The notes under the pieces are model-generated. The model was not told where the DNA came from and searched no databases. It saw only the letters and a list, made by a program, of their open reading frames with translations. The translations under genes and the position numbers were made by a program. Below are positions 1 to 9,469 of a stretch of DNA of 64,000 nucleotides, piece by piece; position 1 is the first letter of the stretch; every line of letters starts with the position of its first letter. This stretch comes from Obrimoposthia wandeli. Its lineage: Eukaryota. The stretch covers positions 3,286,001 to 3,350,000 of the forward strand of contig CDROCS010000253.1 in the NCBI GenBank assembly GCA_977020255.1, in the 5' to 3' direction.

Positions 1-1225
1 GTGTGGCAGCGCCAGATAACGCTAAAGGTGGCTCGGAAAAATCGGGTTGTTCTTGCCATTCATTTTTGTTATTTGGCTCATAACCAATAGTACTACCATG
101 ATTACCATCAACGCGCATTGCTCCATCTCTATGGTAACTATGTACAGGACAACGTGGAGCGTTAACCGGTATTTGTTGATGATTCACGCCTAAACGATAG
201 CGCTGAGCATCACCATACGAAAATAGGCGACCTTGCAACATTTTATCAGGAGAAAAGCTGATCCCTGGCACTATGCTCGCTGGGTTAAACGCCGACTGTT
301 CTACTTCGGCAAAATAGTTCTCTGGATTTCGATTTAGTTCTATTACCCCCACTTCAATTAGAGGAAAATCCTTATGTGGCCATACTTTAGTTAAATCAAA
401 AGGATTGTAAAGTAATTTATCTGCTTGCTGTTCAGTCATCACTTGAATTTTTAACGTCCAAGAGGGGAAGTCTCCTGATTCAACGGCATTATATAAATCG
501 GCTTGATGGCTTTCTCTATCTTGACCAACAACAACTTCAGCTTCATGGTCAGTTAAGTTTTTTATGCCCTGGTTTGAGGTAAAATGAAATTTAACCCATA
601 CTCGCTCATTGTCTGCGTTGATCATGCTAAAAGTATGACTACCAAAGCCATGCATATGACGGTAAGTGGCAGGAAGACCTCGATCACTCATCACGATAGT
701 TATTTGATGTAATGCTTCTGGCAGTGATGTCCAGAAGTCCCAATTATTTTGAGCGCTGCGCATATTCGTACGAGGATCACGTTTGACTGCATGATTCAAA
801 TCGGGGAATTTTAATGGGTCACGTAAAAAGAAAACAGGCGTGTTATTGCCAACCAAATCCCAATTACCTTCTTCTGTATAAAATTTTAACGCGAATCCTC
901 TGATATCACGTTCAGCGTCTGCAGCACCTCGTTCACCTGCTACCGTACTAAAACGAGCAAACAGTTCCGTTTTCTTGCCTATCTCCGAGAAAATTTTTGC
1001 TCTTGTGTATTGTGAAATATCATGAGTAACCGTAAAAGTCCCGTAGGCAGCAGAGCCTTTGGCATGCATACGTCGTTCTGGAATGACTTCACGATCAAAA
1101 TGAGCCAATTTCTCCAGAAACCAGACATCTTGTAGTAATTGGGGGCCACGAGGACCTGCAGTCATAATATTTTGGTTATCAGCGACAGGACAGCCTGCAT
1201 TGGTGGTAAGTTTCTTTTTCATCAT
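1..1225 (-). CDS. katA: Monofunctional heme catalase; 3' end runs off the window; not in the ORF track
   Basis: Manual translation from ATG 1225 (or 1222): [19 protein letters not shown]...RRMHAKG (distal His)...[20 protein letters not shown]...[11 protein letters not shown]...[14 protein letters not shown] (proximal Tyr). The frame is open to base 1. Confidence 0.96.
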   Translation of the reverse strand, partial: MMKKKLTTNAGCPVADNQNIMTAGPRGPQLLQDVWFLEKLAHFDREVIPERRMHAKGSAAYGTFTVTHDISQYTRAKIFSEIGKKTELFARFSTVAGERGAADAERDIRGFALKFYTEEGNWDLVGNNTPVFFLRDPLKFPDLNHAVKRDPRTNMRSAQNNWDFWTSLPEALHQITIVMSDRGLPATYRHMHGFGSHTFSMINADNERVWVKFHFTSNQGIKNLTDHEAEVVVGQDRESHQADLYNAVESGDFPSWTLKIQVMTEQQADKLLYNPFDLTKVWPHKDFPLIEVGVIELNRNPENYFAEVEQSAFNPASIVPGISFSPDKMLQGRLFSYGDAQRYRLGVNHQQIPVNAPRCPVHSYHRDGAMRVDGNHGSTIGYEPNNKNEWQEQPDFSEPPLALSGAAT

Positions 1226-1285
1226 TACTTCCTAATATCACGTGTTTAGAAACTTAATATTAGACCAAAAATAATAATCGATAAA

Positions 1286-1322
1286 ATTGGTTGAGTTGAT
1301 GATAATGATAGCTAAAATCTAT
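1286..1322. promoter_or_regulatory. OxyR-like binding site upstream of the catalase
   Basis: ATTG-N7-TGAT-N7-ATAG-N7-CTAT matches the four-tetrad OxyR pattern ATAG-N7-CTAT-N7-ATAG-N7-CTAT. It lies about 60-100 bp upstream of the catalase start. Confidence 0.55.
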
Positions 1323-1407
1323 TACATTAATTGCACAGTAGTGGGTCTAGGCAACAATTTTACACCTGAATAGGCAGGAGTCATAAGCAATACCATAAAG
1401 CCCGGCA

Positions 1408-2469
1408 CTAACGCTCGTGTGCGGATAAGGACTTAGACACGATCATAATATCCAGTACATAATAGAGTGATTCCCAACCCCAAGGTTGGCGACCCAAGTT
1501 ATGAAATATCATACCAGTAGCAATATCTTCAGCGGAGAACTGTTGCTCGTGCTCAGCAAAGTATCGGGCAGCTTTGCCCATATCGGTGTCAGTCAGTAAT
1601 TTTGTCATAGCGCCAATGCCTGAATGGTAAGATTGGACTAAGAGTATATCGAAGAGTGCTTGTTGTTTTATCTTATCAAGGTGTCCAAATACCGAGGTAA
1701 ATACTGGTTGAAGATTTCTGCTAATCATCACATATAACCGCACAGCACAATCAACCTGGGCCATACGATGTTGATAGAAGCGCTTATCAATACCGCAGTC
1801 ATTCAAAACCTCAGGTTTTAACTGCAACATACCCAAAGCATTCTGGCTTGAACGAATATTTTTTTTAGCGCCGCTTTCAATTATTAACTGGCCGACAAAT
1901 AACTTCAATGACAAGGTATCTATTGGCTCAGCCAGCTGAGAACTGCGGTGTTGAAACATTAACTCGACCAATGCCTCTAAACTAATAGGATTTGATTCTG
2001 TGCCGGCCTTAACACCGTCCCAAGTGCCCCATACTTTCGATTCCGGCGCGATACCTTTTACTCTAGCAATAGACGCACGAATATCGACCCATGGCTGATC
2101 ACAACTCAAAGCAAAGGGGTAACCTACGGTAGACATACTACCTTCAATCCAGCGATTAACCTTGTTATTCTGGTGTAATCGCAAACGAATTTTATTTAAC
2201 TTTTCCTGTGTCGCTAAACCCGTATCTTCATTATCCATCCAGGTTAAGAAGCGACCTCGTTGATCAAAAAATACATGCCTATCAGGGAGTTCGCAATAGC
2301 CATTCGACAGTAATACCCAGCTCCGTAACTCGGCTAAATTATTGGACGCCCCTTTGCTAAAAGAGTAGGGGGTATCACGAACAACTTGTTTCCAGTCTGA
2401 AGTTGGCACAGCAATGGCCATTGCACACCATAAGAGTAAAAATATAGATAGGGTATACTTTATTAGCAC
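1408..2469 (-). CDS. Secreted lytic transglycosylase (SLT/lysozyme-like) protein with an unrecognised N-terminal domain
   Basis: Signal peptide (…CAMAIA). SLT motifs IIESG (catalytic Glu), ALGMLQL and SYHSG lie in the C-terminal half. Confidence 0.75.
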   Translation of the reverse strand: MLIKYTLSIFLLLWCAMAIAVPTSDWKQVVRDTPYSFSKGASNNLAELRSWVLLSNGYCELPDRHVFFDQRGRFLTWMDNEDTGLATQEKLNKIRLRLHQNNKVNRWIEGSMSTVGYPFALSCDQPWVDIRASIARVKGIAPESKVWGTWDGVKAGTESNPISLEALVELMFQHRSSQLAEPIDTLSLKLFVGQLIIESGAKKNIRSSQNALGMLQLKPEVLNDCGIDKRFYQHRMAQVDCAVRLYVMISRNLQPVFTSVFGHLDKIKQQALFDILLVQSYHSGIGAMTKLLTDTDMGKAARYFAEHEQQFSAEDIATGMIFHNLGRQPWGWESLYYVLDIMIVSKSLSAHER

Positions 2470-2739
2470 GATAGTTAACTCACTAAAAATTCAACTATTA
2501 CTATAGTTATATCAAAAAGTATTAGAATAATAAACGCGATTTTTGGTCTAGGCAACAACTTAGATTAAAGCCATAATGATTTTAAGTAACTGGCAGTTTC
2601 TATAGGAAATGCAACAGTTTGACCGTTCGTTACTCGAACATGAAATAAGGCAGTAAAATCATCGGGCCAAACCATCACTTTGATATGAAAGCTGACAATT
2701 CACTGATTATATTTTATGACTTGTCTGTGTGTATTTAGT

Positions 2740-2985
2740 TTAATTAAATTGTGAGTTGAGTAAAAAACATGCGGTCACAATCAATAGTACCCCCATTAGC
2801 TGATTAAACAGCTTCAGCTTTAACTGACTATTCATAAGTATCGTTACCTTATCCCCTAATACAGACCAAGAAAAAAGTGATAGATAACAGACTAAAAAAT
2901 AAATTAATGCAAAAGTTAAAAATACTTGGTTATTATTAGGCACTGAAAATAAAGAAACACCAGCCACGCTCGCAATCCATGCTTT
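2740..2985 (-). pseudogene. C-terminal remnant of a LysE-family translocator
   Basis: KAWIASVAGVSLFS…FNQLMGVLLIVTA is the C-terminal half of LysE (the NPKAW motif is cut at K). The N-terminal half is absent. Confidence 0.75.
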
Positions 2986-3320
2986 GAAGGTGCGATTAAA
3001 TAGCCCATAAGCAAAAAGATATCTCAATTTAGCAAGTTTCCCCCCTTGTTGAATTTAAAACTATTTTATACCGACGACAGACAAGACCTGATTCACCAAG
3101 GCATTGATTTAGCTTTTAGAGCGGAGCAATGGATGACAGTAATCTTAAGTCAAAACGCATCGGAGACATTAATAGAAAATTGGTTTGTTCTTATGATTAT
3201 TGGAAAGAAAATATAAACCCCATTTATCCTCAAGACTTAACAACATGGAATTGGATAAAATTAGAGATGCTGCCTAATCATAGGACTTTAGTAGACTCTG
3301 CTGGTGAAACATGCGATTAG
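2986..3320 (+). pseudogene. Internal remnant of a LysR regulator (substrate-binding domain), frameshifted and truncated at both ends
   Basis: ISQFSKFPPLLNLKLFYTDDRQDLIHQGIDLAFRA, then a frameshift near 3122 into MDDSNLKSKRIGDINRKLVCSYDY…PQDLTTWNWI. There is no HTH and it stops at 3320. Confidence 0.75.
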
Positions 3321-5563
3321 ATCTTGGTAGGCAAGCTAATATGAAGCGTAACACCATCAGGTGTTTTATGATTATAAGCGCTAATTTTTCCGTGATGAAA
3401 TTGGCAAATTAATCGCGAAATATATAAACCTAAACCAAGGTGTGGCACAACTTGCTTATTATGATCTTTTTGGTTTTTATCACGTAATGACACCATAGAA
3501 TCAAATAAACTTTCGCTTAGTTGCTCTGGTAATAAAATGCCATTATTACTAATGAATAGTTCAGCATTGTTGTTATTACTGCTCTGTTTCAACTCGATTG
3601 TGATGATATTATCTTGGCTAAATTCCACGCCATTACTGATCACCTTGTCTAACAGTTGCACTATATGTTCAGGTGAACCATGCAAATTAAATGTGCTTAT
3701 TTTGGGAGTCTTAGGGTCGATATTCAAGATGAACGTCATGTTTGGGTATATTTGCTGATAGCCAGAAATACAGCCTTTAACAATCTCTTGTAAATCAAAA
3801 TCAATTTTTTCAGTGCTTGATAACATTTGCTCAAGGCGAGTTGCTTCACTCATATTGGTGAGAATTAAATTTAAGGTATTAATACCGGTTTGCGCTCTTT
3901 CAATATAAGGACTGTTACTTTTATCTGCTTGAGATCGCTGTGCTTCTTGTAAACTTAAGTTATCTAATGAGGTTTTAACCACGGCGATAGGGGTTCTTAA
4001 TTCATGAGATAAACGAGAAGACATGTTTTCTAAATAGTGATTGTATTCACTTAAGCGGTTCACTGCGGTGGTAAAACTACGCGATAAATCTCCTATTTCA
4101 TCATTACTGTTGGAAGCCTTCATTTGGCCAATAATTCGTCCTTGCTTATCAATGGCTAATTCGGCTTGACTAGATAAATGTCGAATACGTGATGAAATGC
4201 GTGAAGCAAATAAAATAAAGGCCAAGGCGCCTAAACTCATAATAGCTAAAATGGCGGTAAACAACTTTTCTAAAGCGCGATTTCTTAAGCTACGAATGCC
4301 ATTAGTTGTTTCTTCAACAATGACCGCACCTTTTACTTGGTTGTTAATAAAAATGGGGTAAGCGGCAGAAAGTACTAGTGCTTTTTTATCGGTCGTTAAA
4401 CGCCATTGAGAGGTTGCCTTGCCACTTAAGGCATTAACAATATGCGAGCCTTGTAAATGTTGGGCATCATAGAGTTGGTCGATAAAGTCTGTTGACGGTT
4501 TAGTTAATATTTTATAGTACAGCGGTAATAATAGTTGTTGCTTAAATTGATACCAAAGACTGTTTTTTTCATCTTCTTTGGGCTGTTTTTCCTTCGCATG
4601 CCATACACCACTGGCTGACTTTAGTGAACCTGCGCTAGCGAGCACTCTATGGTGTTGATCAACGACCCAAATACTAGAATTAGTATAACGCATGCCTTTA
4701 ACAATACGTTCAATCTCGGGCGACGGTACGACAATGGTACCCAAGCTTTCTTCTTTACTTGGATCGGCTGAGCCAATTGCGGAGACTGCTTTGCCATGGG
4801 TCTTATCTACATCAAAAAAAGCGAAAGCAATATTATCGCCTAGGTTGTCTAAGGGTACTCTTAACTCGACATTATACCCTTGTGGCGTTAATAACCAGTG
4901 TCCTTGAATGTGTGGTGCCGGCGCCGGAATAGTACTGTCATTATCAGTGATAGCAAAGGCCGATATCCAACCCGCTTGTTTATTACTAATAATAAAACGA
5001 TTTAGCTTATTGTTAGCGTCACTAAAAGAAAGGGCTAAATGATCATTATTGGTAATGCTACGGGCATTTTTACCACGAAAGATCATTTTATTATCAACGA
5101 CCTGAAAAAACAAATACAGATAATTATCGTATTTACCTACACTTGCTTTGAAGTTAAGGCTTAGTGGCTCGTTGGAAAATAGCTGTTGTTGATGGTGATA
5201 AAAGTGTGTGCGTTGGTTAAAGTCAGGCCAATCGTTAGGTAAACCGTCTAATTGAACGGCTTCTGTCAATTTATAACCATAAAGGTCTTTGCCTTGTTCA
5301 ACATCAGGTAAAAAACTCGCTTGATTATTAAAGAGGTTTTCACGCTCATGCAAAGCGGTAGCTAGCGCTCGAGCAGTACCTACTAATGTTTGCTCTTGTC
5401 CAAAACGCAAATACTTTTCCATTTCCCACACATATTGATAACCAAACCAAGGAATAACAAACAGAAAACTTGAAAGCAATAATAGCTTTGATCTCAGACC
5501 AAAACGTAATTTTAAGCGTTTACCATTAACCATATTAGATTTTATCATCGGTAGTATTAGCAC
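3317..5563 (-). CDS. pdsS: Proteobacterial dedicated sortase system histidine kinase (likely start ATG 5533)
   Basis: TM, large periplasmic domain, TM, HAMP, HisKA (SHELRTP), HATPase (HLGLGLYI). Adjacent to pdsR and divergent from pdsO. Confidence 0.9.
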   Translation of the reverse strand: MLILPMIKSNMVNGKRLKLRFGLRSKLLLLSSFLFVIPWFGYQYVWEMEKYLRFGQEQTLVGTARALATALHERENLFNNQASFLPDVEQGKDLYGYKLTEAVQLDGLPNDWPDFNQRTHFYHHQQQLFSNEPLSLNFKASVGKYDNYLYLFFQVVDNKMIFRGKNARSITNNDHLALSFSDANNKLNRFIISNKQAGWISAFAITDNDSTIPAPAPHIQGHWLLTPQGYNVELRVPLDNLGDNIAFAFFDVDKTHGKAVSAIGSADPSKEESLGTIVVPSPEIERIVKGMRYTNSSIWVVDQHHRVLASAGSLKSASGVWHAKEKQPKEDEKNSLWYQFKQQLLLPLYYKILTKPSTDFIDQLYDAQHLQGSHIVNALSGKATSQWRLTTDKKALVLSAAYPIFINNQVKGAVIVEETTNGIRSLRNRALEKLFTAILAIMSLGALAFILFASRISSRIRHLSSQAELAIDKQGRIIGQMKASNSNDEIGDLSRSFTTAVNRLSEYNHYLENMSSRLSHELRTPIAVVKTSLDNLSLQEAQRSQADKSNSPYIERAQTGINTLNLILTNMSEATRLEQMLSSTEKIDFDLQEIVKGCISGYQQIYPNMTFILNIDPKTPKISTFNLHGSPEHIVQLLDKVISNGVEFSQDNIITIELKQSSNNNNAELFISNNGILLPEQLSESLFDSMVSLRDKNQKDHNKQVVPHLGLGLYISRLICQFHHGKISAYNHKTPDGVTLHISLPTKI

Positions 5564-6248
5564 TTAACCAGCGATAGCCCATGCCATAAACGGTTTCGAT
5601 ATTGTCAAAACTGCTGTCGTGTTGCATAAATTTTTTGCGAATTCGTTTGATGTGTGAAGTGATAGTACTGTCATCAACATATATTTTTGAATCAGTCATC
5701 AGTTGTGTACGATTTTTAACATGACCAGGATTTTTGGCTAATGCATGAACTAACCAAAATTCGGTAATGGTTAAATCAATAGACCTATTTTGCCAGGTAA
5801 TACTCATACGTTGGCTATCAACCGTAAGTGCACCAGAACGAGTGATATGTTCATCGTTAACGGGTTTTTTTAGTGCTTCTTGGCGGCGAAATAATGCTGA
5901 TATGCGCGCTGTTAAATGAGGTAAGCTAATATCTTTGGTTAGGTAATCATCAGCACCGATGCGTAAACCAGAGACAGTATCAAAATCATTGTCACGTGCG
6001 GTTAAAAATATAATAGGTAAAGTAGCCGATTTAGCTCTAAGTTGCTGACACAAAACAAAGCCACCGTCATATTCATCATTTAAACCTATGTCTAAAATGA
6101 CTAGGTTAGGTAAGCGTAGATTAAAGGCTTGGGTAGCGGAAGATCTATCTGCGTAGGTTTGCACTTGATAACCTTGGCTACGTAATACATCTGCATAGTT
6201 TTCTCTAATAGCCGCTTCATCTTCTACGATGGCAATTCTTTTACTCAT
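5535..6248 (-). CDS. pdsR: Proteobacterial dedicated sortase system response regulator (OmpR family)
   Basis: Receiver domain (IVEDE, ILDIGL, FLTAR) plus winged helix (ITSHIKRIRKKF…ETVYGMGYRW). Confidence 0.92.
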   Translation of the reverse strand: MSKRIAIVEDEAAIRENYADVLRSQGYQVQTYADRSSATQAFNLRLPNLVILDIGLNDEYDGGFVLCQQLRAKSATLPIIFLTARDNDFDTVSGLRIGADDYLTKDISLPHLTARISALFRRQEALKKPVNDEHITRSGALTVDSQRMSITWQNRSIDLTITEFWLVHALAKNPGHVKNRTQLMTDSKIYVDDSTITSHIKRIRKKFMQHDSSFDNIETVYGMGYRWLSANTTDDKI

Positions 6249-6360
6249 TACTGTTCACTTTTGATTGTCTAAATTAACTTGATAACTTGAAGCTAATAGC
6301 TGTTACCCGATCATATGTCGACTATATCTAACTTTACTCGTTAACGCGCTTAATTTCTGA

Positions 6361-6400
6361 AATTGCCATATTGTTGCCACAATTGCTCACTGCTTTGCCT
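6361..6400 (+). promoter_or_regulatory. Candidate PdsR tandem direct-repeat box
   Basis: TTGCCA at 6363 and 6374 (11-bp period), with weaker TTGCTC at 6383 and TTGCCT at 6395, in the pdsR/pdsO divergent intergenic region. Confidence 0.5.
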
Positions 6401-6535
6401 TTATTCGAGCAGAGCAGCGCCCCTTTTTTGCGGTTTAATAACTCCTGTCAACAACACAGACTTATCAACACATATTTACTCACACTACTTAACAATACTG
6501 TTTAACAACAAATACTGGATAAAAAAGGGAACATC

Positions 6536-7372
6536 ATGAAAAACACGAATCAATTACCTCAAGCTCAACCATACAAAATTGCGGGAAAAAAATTAATCAT
6601 CACTACTGCACTTATGGCGGCTTTAGTGACTAGCTCAGTTAATGCGACAGAAAATACTTTAACGCCAGAAAAAACACAGCAACAAGAAACAAATAATGAA
6701 AATATTGGTTTTGGTACTGGTGCTGTTATTGGTGCGATTGTGGCTGGACCGGTAGGCGCTTTTGTGGCGGGAATAGGCGGGGTATTTATTGCTAAATATA
6801 TTAATGTTAACGAACAGAATGATGACTTAACGAGTGCTTTAGTGAATGAACAACGAAAGCAACGTTCTAATGAGCAAGTACAAAGTCAATATCAAGCTAA
6901 GTTGCAGCGCTTAGAGAGTTCATATCAGCAACAATTAGTCGCATTGGACAATCAGAAAAATCAAAGTGGGCAATTACACACAGACAACCTGTTAATGAGC
7001 TTACAGTTCTCTACTGGCTCAAGTGATATAGCGCCACACTATCAAGAGCAAGTCGCCGCCCTTGCACAAATATTAAATAGCTCACCGGGGATGAAAATTG
7101 ACTTGTCTGGTTATACCGATTTAACCGGTGAACAAGCACTTAATCAAACGTTATCACAAGCTAGAGTGGAGTCGGTGAGAACCTTGTTGATGGCGCAAGG
7201 CGTGGAAGAGCAACAAATAGCGACCTTTGCTTTTGGTGAAGACTCGCCTGTGGTAGCCAATAATGAAAGTGAAGTTAGCTTTTATGACCGTCGTGTTGTG
7301 CTGAAACTACATACACCATCATTAAAAGAAAAGTCTCAAACGATAAATAACCAAATGGCAAATAATCATTAA
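6536..7372 (+). CDS. pdsO: Sortase-associated OmpA-like protein
   Basis: Signal peptide, Gly-zipper (GFGTGAVIGAIVAGPVGAFVAG), coiled coil, and OmpA-C domain (GYTD…NQTLSQARVESV…DRRV). Confidence 0.92.
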   Translation: MKNTNQLPQAQPYKIAGKKLIITTALMAALVTSSVNATENTLTPEKTQQQETNNENIGFGTGAVIGAIVAGPVGAFVAGIGGVFIAKYINVNEQNDDLTSALVNEQRKQRSNEQVQSQYQAKLQRLESSYQQQLVALDNQKNQSGQLHTDNLLMSLQFSTGSSDIAPHYQEQVAALAQILNSSPGMKIDLSGYTDLTGEQALNQTLSQARVESVRTLLMAQGVEEQQIATFAFGEDSPVVANNESEVSFYDRRVVLKLHTPSLKEKSQTINNQMANNH

Positions 7373-7416
7373 TTCTTCGGATCATTAGCTCCCAATCAAT
7401 CGTTTTGCTTTAGAGT

Positions 7417-7462
7417 TATATCAGCTTCACTTGAGGATGAATTTTCAAGTGGAGCGGGTATA
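7417..7462. mobile_element. Collapsed 46-bp MITE, only the two terminal inverted repeats remain
   Basis: TATATCAGCTTCACTTGAGG…TTTCAAGTGGAGCGGGTATA. The arms pair at 15/20 and resemble the termini of the full element at 63136-63404. Confidence 0.65.
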
Positions 7463-7659
7463 AAAGTAGGTGCTTTGCGGTAAGTGCGGGGTATACAAAG
7501 TTCTTTGGAATTAACAATGAATTTATTTTTGGAAAATATGTTTCAGAATTACACGGAAAAGAACGCTTTGAGGTATTTGTGGCAGGAAGTGTTCATTCAT
7601 CCTGAGTTTTTATTAGATATCTATAGCCTCAGATAAATTGAGCGCAGCCTAAGCTTATC

Positions 7660-8571
7660 TTAGGAATTTTTTTTACTTATTTGCCTAGTGAAAAATTCTT
7701 TTAAAAAGTTAAGCAATAACCGGAGCTTTTTAGAGTCGGCCGTGCCGGGAGGAAATACCCCGTAAACATTAATATCGCTAAACGTGTAATCATTAAGTAC
7801 TGTTTCTAAGGTGCCTGCTTTTATTTTTGGCCAAGCATCATAAGTAGGAATACGGCCTAAACCATGGCCCGCTTCAACAAACGCGGTACGTGCAGCCGCA
7901 TTGTTGGTACTAATACTTCCTTTGGTGGTAACACTAAATGAACGACTGCCTTTAGTTAGGGTTACTACACCTGACGTTAATTTATAAATTACCCATTGAT
8001 GATTACTTAAATCTGCAGGACTCTTTGGGCGCCCATATTGAAGAAAATATTCAGGTGCACCACAAAGACAAGTTTGTAGGGTGGCGAGTTTACTTGCTTG
8101 TAAACCTGAGTCAGGCAATGGCGCACCGCGGATTGCCAGATCTATTCCTTCTTTCATGATATTAACGACTTCATCAGTCAGCATTACATCAAGCTCAATT
8201 TTAGGATAGATTTTCTTGAACTCATTGAGTGCGGGCACAACAGTTTGTAAGCCAATATTTACCGGGCAGGTAATTTTAAGTAATCCGATGGGCTCATTTT
8301 TTAAATTTTCAATTTGCTGGTTGGCAGCACTGGCTTGCTCGGCAATAACCCGACAGCGTTCATAGTAGGCTTGTCCAGCTTCAGTAAGGTTAATAGATCG
8401 TGTCGACCGATTAAGGAGCTTTACCTCGAGTTGTGCTTCAAGCTTTTTCAAGTGATAACTGACTACCGCTCGCGATAGTCCTAAATGTTTCGCTGCTGCG
8501 CTTAAGCTACCTTGTTCAATTACTTGAGCAAAAACGACCATACTCTTGAGTCGCTCAAATGAAACATTCAT
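7660..8571 (-). CDS. LysR-family transcriptional regulator
   Basis: N-terminal HTH (GSLSAAAKHLGLSRAVVSYHLKKLE…LLNRSTR) and substrate-binding domain (EGIDLAIRG). Confidence 0.95.
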   Translation of the reverse strand: MNVSFERLKSMVVFAQVIEQGSLSAAAKHLGLSRAVVSYHLKKLEAQLEVKLLNRSTRSINLTEAGQAYYERCRVIAEQASAANQQIENLKNEPIGLLKITCPVNIGLQTVVPALNEFKKIYPKIELDVMLTDEVVNIMKEGIDLAIRGAPLPDSGLQASKLATLQTCLCGAPEYFLQYGRPKSPADLSNHQWVIYKLTSGVVTLTKGSRSFSVTTKGSISTNNAAARTAFVEAGHGLGRIPTYDAWPKIKAGTLETVLNDYTFSDINVYGVFPPGTADSKKLRLLLNFLKEFFTRQISKKNS

Positions 8572-8611
8572 AAATTATACCGAGTAAGTAGAAATACATC
8601 TTCAAGTGTAT

Positions 8612-8634
8612 ATTGTATCAATTATTAATACAAT
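8612..8634. promoter_or_regulatory. LysR-type operator palindrome
   Basis: ATTGTAT-N9-ATACAAT is a perfect 7-bp inverted repeat, 40-60 bp upstream of the LysR start in the divergent promoter region. Confidence 0.6.
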
Positions 8635-8741
8635 GTTGTCAGTTTTATCTGCATTGTTCATCTAGGTTTCTGGGCATATACTAGCTTTATTGAAAATGAA
8701 CACACACTTAGACTCACTTACTTATACAGATAAATGGATGA

Positions 8742-9434
8742 ATGATAATGACTAAAAAAATATTGATGGTACTTACTTCACACGATGAGCTTGGTAACAC
8801 AGGCCAAAAAACTGGTTTTTGGGTTGAAGAATTTGCGGCCCCTTATTACGCATTTATCGATGCAGGTGTTGAAGTCACATTGGCAACACCAAAAGGCGGA
8901 CAAGCGCCTATTGACCCAACAAGCACACTTGATGATTTCCAAACGGCTGCTACGGAACGTTATGACGCTGATAATGCAGCTCAAGCTAAAATTGCAACGA
9001 CAGTAAAATTATCTTCGCTTAACGAAAGTAATTTTGATGGTGTTTTTTACCCAGGTGGTCATGGCCCATTATGGGATCTTACTGATAACACAGACTCAAT
9101 CACTTTGATTGAAAGTTTTCTTAACGCAGGTAAAGCCGTTGCGACAGTTTGTCATGCCAGCGCAGCCTTATTAAATGTAAAACAAGCGTCTGGCGATTTT
9201 GCTATTAAAGGCAAAGCAGTAACTGGTTTTACTAATAGCGAAGAAGAAGCTGTGCAATTAACAGAAGTTGTTCCTTTTTTACTTGAAGACGAACTAATTA
9301 AACGTGGCGGCGAATATCAAAAAGCAGAAGATTGGCATGCCTTTGCAGTACAAGATGGTCTTATTATTACGGGTCAAAATCCAGCAAGTTCAGCATTAGC
9401 GGCTGAGAAATTACTAAGTCATCTTTCAGCTTAA
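8742..9434 (+). CDS. DJ-1/PfpI family protein (glyoxalase III-like)
   Basis: LTSH…TGFWVEE, FYPGGHGPLWDL, nucleophile elbow VCHA, and ITGQNPASS. Confidence 0.93.
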   Translation: MIMTKKILMVLTSHDELGNTGQKTGFWVEEFAAPYYAFIDAGVEVTLATPKGGQAPIDPTSTLDDFQTAATERYDADNAAQAKIATTVKLSSLNESNFDGVFYPGGHGPLWDLTDNTDSITLIESFLNAGKAVATVCHASAALLNVKQASGDFAIKGKAVTGFTNSEEEAVQLTEVVPFLLEDELIKRGGEYQKAEDWHAFAVQDGLIITGQNPASSALAAEKLLSHLSA

Positions 9435-9469
9435 GTTAACTAGCTTAGTTAATCTGTTTAGTTAAGCGT

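Noticed and set aside
7463-7659. Broken frames after pdsO (…GYTKFFGINNEFIFGKYVSELHGKERFEVFVAG…)
   Set aside because: Probably gene debris, but I cannot assign a family, and part of the apparent peptide is just MITE sequence.
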